Shown piece by piece: positions 26,020-32,000 of a DNA stretch of 32,000 bases; position 1 is the stretch's first letter, and the number at the start of each line of letters is the position of its first letter. The stretch is from contig NC_007969.1 of the NCBI RefSeq assembly GCF_000013905.1, positions 2,700,001-2,732,000 of the forward strand. The letters are read 5' to 3'. This stretch comes from Psychrobacter cryohalolentis K5. GTDB lineage: Bacteria; Pseudomonadota; Gammaproteobacteria; Pseudomonadales; Moraxellaceae. The position numbers were made by a program, and so were the translations under genes. A model generated the notes under the pieces. The model saw only the letters and a list, made by a program, of their open reading frames with translations, was not told where the DNA came from and ran no database searches.

Positions 26020-26934
26020 ATGACTTTAGCGACTGTCACGACTGATAACGACCAAACCAGCCAGCCGACTTCACGCTTTGAAGAACGCTACAACAAGCGT
26101 TTATATCATAAGCGTCGCCTGATCAATAGATTGGGGCTTGGTTTTGCCATCTCAGCCATCGCTTTTGGTTTGTTCTGGCTGACATGGATTTTGCTGACGC
26201 TTTTTGTTGAGGGTTTTCAAGGGTTAATCGAGATGCCGGTATTTATGGCAGATACACCACCGCCTATGGGCGACGGCGGTTTACGTAATGCTATTATTGG
26301 TTCATTGATGATCGCCTTGTTAGGTCTCGCGATTGGTACGCCGGTTGGAATGATGGCGGGCATCTATTTAGCGGAGTTCTCACAAGGCAGCTTGTTGGGT
26401 AAAGTTACTCGTTTTTTAAACGATATCTTGCTGTCAGCGCCCTCTATCGTGATTGGTCTTTTTGTTTATGCATTGATGGTGAAAGGTCAAAGCTTCTCCG
26501 GCTGGGCTGGTGCAGTTGCGCTTGCTTTGATTGTGATTCCAATTGTCGTGCGCACCACTGAGAATATGCTTAATCTGGTACCAAATACTTTACGTGAAGC
26601 GGCCTATGCACTCGGTACGCCAAAGTGGAAGCTGATCAGCACGGTCACGCTTAAAGCGGCTAAAGCGGGTCTAACCACAGGGGTGCTATTGGCATTTGCC
26701 CGTATCACTGGCGAGACCGCGCCGTTACTATTTACTGCGTTAAACAATCAGTATTTTAGTACCGATATGAGCCAACCGATGGCAAACTTACCGAACACTA
26801 TTTATCAGTTTGCCATGAGCCCTTATGACAACTGGCATGCATTGGCATGGGCGGCAGCATTACTGATTACCATGACAGTACTGATAGTCAATATTCTCGC
26901 GCGCTTTATTGGCGGTAAAGATCATACAAGATAG
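26020..26934 (+). CDS. pstA: phosphate ABC transporter permease PstA
   Basis: 304-aa multi-TM protein with the EAA loop EAAYALGTPKWKLISTVTLKAAKAG. SD AAAGGA is present. Confidence 0.9.
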   Translation: MTLATVTTDNDQTSQPTSRFEERYNKRLYHKRRLINRLGLGFAISAIAFGLFWLTWILLTLFVEGFQGLIEMPVFMADTPPPMGDGGLRNAIIGSLMIALLGLAIGTPVGMMAGIYLAEFSQGSLLGKVTRFLNDILLSAPSIVIGLFVYALMVKGQSFSGWAGAVALALIVIPIVVRTTENMLNLVPNTLREAAYALGTPKWKLISTVTLKAAKAGLTTGVLLAFARITGETAPLLFTALNNQYFSTDMSQPMANLPNTIYQFAMSPYDNWHALAWAAALLITMTVLIVNILARFIGGKDHTR

Positions 26935-27027
26935 CTGATTTAAGAATTGACTAAGCAGCCAATTTATAGCGCACGTTTAGCACTTATGTTCAGCACCTAT
27001 ATTGACAACATTCTAAAATAATTGGAT

Positions 27028-27969
27028 ATGATGATGACAGACTTACTAGAAAGAAAAGCGGTTAAGCAAGAGAATAAGCAAAACGTCAGCCAACGTGGTT
27101 TATTTGGTCAATCATTTTCCAATATAGATCAAGGAAGTCAGAAGCATCAAGGGCAGCAGCCTGACAGTGCCTTTTTGACTCAGCAAACAGTAGCAGATAT
27201 CCCTCAGCATATGCCGCCTGCCAAGATGAGTATTCGAGATCTCAATTTCTATTATGGTGACTTTCAAGCGCTAAAAAATATTAATATTGATATTCCAGAC
27301 AAAAAAGTGACTGCCTTTATCGGGCCTTCAGGTTGCGGTAAATCCACACTATTACGTACGTTTAATCGTATGTATGATCTATATCCCGGTATGCGTGCAG
27401 AAGGTAATATCAACCTCGATGGCAAAAATATCTTGGGCAAAGACATCGATGTGAACTTGCTACGCGCACAAGTCGGCATGGTCTTTCAAAAACCGACGCC
27501 ATTTCCAATGTCCATCTATGACAACGTGGCATTTGGCGTACGCCTCTACGAGAAGCTAAGCAAAGCTGAGATGGATAATCGTGTCGAATGGGCACTCAAA
27601 AAGGCGGCTTTATGGCTTGAGGTAAAAGACAAACTTCGTGCATCAGGATTGTCGTTATCCGGTGGTCAACAACAACGTCTTTGTATCGCTCGCGGTGTGG
27701 CGACAAAACCTGAAGTACTGCTCCTAGATGAGCCAACCTCAGCGCTCGACCCTATCTCAACAGGCGCGATTGAAGAGCTCATTACCGATTTAAAAAACGA
27801 CTATACGATTGCTATCGTGACCCACAATATGCAGCAAGCGGCACGCGTCTCTGACTATACCGCCTATATGTATCTGGGCGATATGGTAGAGATGGGTGAG
27901 ACGGATCAGATATTTACCAACCCCGCTCAAAAGGCAACTGAAGACTATATTACTGGTCGCTATGGTTAA
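27028..27969 (+). CDS. pstB: phosphate ABC transporter ATP-binding protein PstB (start uncertain)
   Basis: [22 protein letters not shown], Walker [10 protein letters not shown], the signature LSGGQQQRL, Walker [12 protein letters not shown] and the H-loop VTHNM are present. The frame is open from 27022 (TTG) or 27028 (ATG). The homology-supported core could start at the ATG at 27211. Confidence 0.9.
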   Translation: MMMTDLLERKAVKQENKQNVSQRGLFGQSFSNIDQGSQKHQGQQPDSAFLTQQTVADIPQHMPPAKMSIRDLNFYYGDFQALKNINIDIPDKKVTAFIGPSGCGKSTLLRTFNRMYDLYPGMRAEGNINLDGKNILGKDIDVNLLRAQVGMVFQKPTPFPMSIYDNVAFGVRLYEKLSKAEMDNRVEWALKKAALWLEVKDKLRASGLSLSGGQQQRLCIARGVATKPEVLLLDEPTSALDPISTGAIEELITDLKNDYTIAIVTHNMQQAARVSDYTAYMYLGDMVEMGETDQIFTNPAQKATEDYITGRYG

Positions 27970-28025
27970 AACAGTTTGTATAAATATAGTCAGTCCTAAA
28001 TACAATAAGTACAAATATTATAACG

Positions 28026-28099
28026 CGCTACTAGGATAAATTTTTCTTGCTTGCTGTGCCTACGCAGACAGAGTCGGCGCAAAACTTATCCCAGTAGCA
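28026..28099 (+). repeat. ~74-bp palindromic intergenic element, copy B (between pstB and phoU)
   Basis: gctactaggataa ... ttatcccagtagc are self-complementary ends. The core tttttcttgcttgctgtgcctacgcagacagag is shared with copy A (reverse complement). Confidence 0.7.
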
Positions 28100-28184
28100 C
28101 TGTGTTTGATTTGTAGTGGATTGACTATAGATGTATTTTTTATGCTTATATCCTATTTAAATCTACAAGAATAAGGAAGCCGCC

Positions 28185-28916
28185 ATGCTTATAACGCAAA
28201 AACATTTATCAAAGGGTTTTGATAATGACTTACATGATGTGATTGAGCTGTTTATGCAAATGGGTTACATGGCAGCAGAGCAAGTCATGGTTGCAACCCG
28301 CGCTTTGATAGCTGCAGATGAAGCGACCGCAAAAAAAGTGATTGCAGACGACCAGCTGATTAATCAGCTAGATATTAAAATCGATGAGCAAATCATTTTG
28401 TTAGTCACCAAGCGCCAACCCGCAGCAAATGACTTGCGTTTAGTGATGGCGGTTAGCAAAGGTATTGTTGACTTTGAACGTGTGGGTGATGAAGCCGAAA
28501 AAATTGCTCGTATGGCCTGCAAATTAATTAAAGACGGCGCTTCTCCAAGAGGATATTCAGAGGTTCAGCATTTATCCAATAAGGTGCACGTGATGCTACT
28601 TGATGCGATTGACGCCTTCTCGCATATGAATCCTCAGCAGGCATTTTCGGTATTGCAAAGTGATGTGGCGGTTAATGAAGAGTATCAATCTGCCACTCGA
28701 GCCTTGCTGACCTATATTATGGAAGACAGCCGCCACGTGTCCAGAGTGATGAATATACTTTGGGTATTGCGCGCCCTAGAACGTGTGGGCGATCATGCTA
28801 AAAACATTGCTGAGCTGGTTATTTTTTGCACCAGCGGCAAAGATGTGCGGCATACAAATTTTATGCAAGTAGAAAAAATCGTCCAGCAAACCACGGATGC
28901 TGGTAGTAATAAATGA
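28185..28916 (+). CDS. phoU: phosphate signalling complex protein PhoU
   Basis: 243-aa ORF with two PhoU repeats carrying the conserved E/D-xxx-D metal motifs (ERVGDEAEKIA and ERVGDHAKNIA). SD AAGGAAG is present. Confidence 0.9.
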   Translation: MLITQKHLSKGFDNDLHDVIELFMQMGYMAAEQVMVATRALIAADEATAKKVIADDQLINQLDIKIDEQIILLVTKRQPAANDLRLVMAVSKGIVDFERVGDEAEKIARMACKLIKDGASPRGYSEVQHLSNKVHVMLLDAIDAFSHMNPQQAFSVLQSDVAVNEEYQSATRALLTYIMEDSRHVSRVMNILWVLRALERVGDHAKNIAELVIFCTSGKDVRHTNFMQVEKIVQQTTDAGSNK

Positions 28917-29020
28917 CATTTTAAATAGCATTTTCTTTATCGCACACGATGGTCCGTTTAAAACATAGTCCGTTCAAAATAAAAAAGACACGCTTTTAGT
29001 AGTGCGATACTGCTATAAAT

Positions 29021-29650
29021 TTAACCATCAATCAACCAGCCCTGCGCGGTGGCAAATTCAATCTGCCGTGCCTGCCACTCATAAATACTCGGAAAGCTGT
29101 CTTTAATAAAGGCATGCGCGCCAGCTACTTGCGAGCGCGTAACATTACCCTCAAGCCACGTTTTTCCGTTGGTATTTAAATTAAGCAAAAACGGCAACAA
29201 GCGATCAACCACTTTCAGCAGCTGGGTTTCTTTGCTGCTGCCAGTTTCCTGCTCTTCCCAAATCTCATTTAAATCTTTAATGCCATTACCACGTTCAGCT
29301 TGTAAGCGCGCAATGCCAGCGCGTTCTTCAAGATGCGCATCAGTGCGTGTATCGGCATATAAAAAAGTATCACCGGCATCAATCTCGCCTAAGTCATGTA
29401 CTAGCGCCATCTTTAGTAACTTTTCATGATTGACATCAAGTTCAAACAATTCAGCGATTGACCAACATGCCATAGCGAGATGCCAAGAATGTTCGGCAGA
29501 GTTTTCTAGACGAGTCGTACCCGTCACGTAACTGCGGCGATTTACCCGTTTAAGCGCATCCAGCTCTAACAGATAATGAGTGGCATGATCTATATCAATG
29601 TTTGAGGCAAGCGTTGGGTTAGTGAATGACATGGAATTAGCTGATGACAT
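29021..29650 (-). CDS. HD-domain phosphohydrolase (YfbR-like 5'-deoxynucleotidase family)
   Basis: 209-aa ORF; ENSAEHSWHLAM and ALVHDLGEIDAGD (H...HD...D metal ligands) have spacing like E. coli YfbR. Confidence 0.8.
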   Translation of the reverse strand: MSSANSMSFTNPTLASNIDIDHATHYLLELDALKRVNRRSYVTGTTRLENSAEHSWHLAMACWSIAELFELDVNHEKLLKMALVHDLGEIDAGDTFLYADTRTDAHLEERAGIARLQAERGNGIKDLNEIWEEQETGSSKETQLLKVVDRLLPFLLNLNTNGKTWLEGNVTRSQVAGAHAFIKDSFPSIYEWQARQIEFATAQGWLIDG

Positions 29651-29777
29651 AAATATTCTCTTAATTTTTCTACTAATGTATAGCGCTTCATTCTACCTTT
29701 ACGCATAAGCAATTATTATACATTTTATAAACGCTATAAAAGAAGACGTTAACCTATCGTTAATTGGCGTTATCATA

Positions 29778-29819
29778 AAAATAAAATAGCGCTTATGTTA
29801 GTAAGCGCTATTTTATTTT
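29778..29819 (-). terminator. intrinsic terminator downstream of the isochorismatase-family gene
   Basis: aaaataaaatagcgctta (29778-29795) / taagcgctattttatttt (29802-29819): a perfect 18-bp inverted repeat with a 6-nt loop, a GC core and A/T-rich outer arms. Confidence 0.55.
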
Positions 29820-29835
29820 AAATCGAGTAAAAAGA

Positions 29836-30411
29836 TTATTTAATCAAGTTACTAATGGTTTTGAACGCAGGGTCTTTGCTACTACGGCAAAGCTCAAACA
29901 GAATGGTTTCAACCGTGGTAATCACGCCACCAGCACGGCGAATACGGCGAATTGCTTGCTTTTTATCATACGGAAAACGCGAACCGACGGCATCACCAAT
30001 AATAACCGGCTGCATACCGTTATCTAGCAAATCAAGCGCGGTTTGTAGCACGCAGACATGTGCTTCTACGCCGAATAATAAAATGATGCTTCGATTCTGC
30101 TGCGCAAGATGATTCCATGAATCGTCATTGTCGCAGGCACTAAAGGTGACTTTTTCAAAACCTTTGGCATTATCGCCTTCTAATAACTCACAAATTTCAG
30201 GCAATGTCTCGCCTAAGCCCTTTTTATATTGCTCATTAAGCATAATGGGAACGTCAAGCGCTTGCAGACCTTTAATCAAAGTCGTTATTTTTTTGAGAAT
30301 ATTTTCATGATCATAGATATGCGGAGTCAGACGTTCTTGGACGTCGATTATCATCGCTTGGGTATTTTCACGGTCAATACGGTAGGTACGATCAGTAATC
30401 ATGGTGGACAT
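29836..30411 (-). CDS. isochorismatase-family cysteine hydrolase
   Basis: 191-aa ORF with QAMIIDVQE (catalytic Asp context), NEQYKKG (Lys) and GVEAHVCVLQTALDL (catalytic Cys). SD AAGGAG is present. Confidence 0.8.
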   Translation of the reverse strand: MSTMITDRTYRIDRENTQAMIIDVQERLTPHIYDHENILKKITTLIKGLQALDVPIMLNEQYKKGLGETLPEICELLEGDNAKGFEKVTFSACDNDDSWNHLAQQNRSIILLFGVEAHVCVLQTALDLLDNGMQPVIIGDAVGSRFPYDKKQAIRRIRRAGGVITTVETILFELCRSSKDPAFKTISNLIK

Positions 30412-30597
30412 AGTACACTCCTTGTACGGCTGAAGCTGACGGCTCTAAACTGATTTAGAATGAATATCAGACTTAAAATTATAATGATTAATTACTCTCT
30501 TATTTAGTCACAGTTTAGCGAATGCGTCAATGGAGATAAGTGATAGTAACAACTTATGACCTTTTTATTCTAAGTAAACCACTATGATTCATAAATA

Positions 30598-30628
30598 CAA
30601 AAACCCCCAGTTATGATAACTAGGGGTT
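30598..30628 (-). terminator. intrinsic terminator downstream of fadA
   Basis: The minus strand reads gaaCCCCtAGTTATcATAACTgGGGGtttttgtattt: an 11-position stem with one mismatch, followed by a T5 run. Confidence 0.7.
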
Positions 30629-30675
30629 CATATTAGAGCGCTTAACTATTTTAAAATTATTGCAATACTATAGGC

Positions 30676-31899
<1,224 letters not shown>

Positions 31900-32000
31900 C
31901 TATCTAATTTAGAAGGTTATTGATAATAAATAAATTACCAATCATCTTATCGAGCATGTGTACTGCACTTCATCCTAGTAATGACTGCCTATTACGCGGT

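Noticed and set aside
28938-29009. 8-bp inverted repeat tatcgcac/gtgcgata enclosing a 12-nt direct repeat (gtccgtttaaaa / gtccgttcaaaa) downstream of phoU
   Set aside because: The arms are short, the loop is 56 nt, and there is no T-tract. This is within chance expectation for AT-rich spacer DNA.

Overview
This window reads as ordinary chromosomal core of an AT-leaning gammaproteobacterium. The gene content (NadM-NadV NAD salvage pair, RsmI/YraN/BON cluster, MetY, NfuA, FadA) suggests Moraxellaceae (Psychrobacter/Acinetobacter-like); that is inference only. I call 31 protein-coding genes, one truncated at the left edge. I find no rRNA, tRNA, CRISPR array, transposase, integrase, phage genes or recognisable defence genes. 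The most coherent block is the phosphate regulon at 19.8-28.9 kb: phoR-phoB on the minus strand, dtd and psd between, then pstS-pstC-pstA-pstB-phoU. Clear Pho boxes lie upstream of pstS and phoB. A second block is the non-deamidating NAD salvage pair nadM-nadV, with a translationally coupled SGNH hydrolase. Most convergent gene junctions carry bidirectional hairpin terminators. I do not see a convincing novel multi-gene system. The best leads are mostly non-coding or architectural: (1) a ~74-bp palindromic intergenic element in two inverted copies (18990-19063 and 28026-28099) with compensatory stem substitutions, one copy sitting between pstB and phoU; (2) a PhoR lacking the N-terminal membrane anchor; (3) two mutually exclusive hairpins between pstS and pstC; (4) a perfect 16-bp inverted repeat in the yceI leader; (5) a long leader upstream of a Cys-less L31 gene; (6) an uncharacterised 535-aa flavoprotein behind a 598-bp AT-rich spacer. 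All coordinates, alignments and motif calls were made by eye and need computational confirmation.
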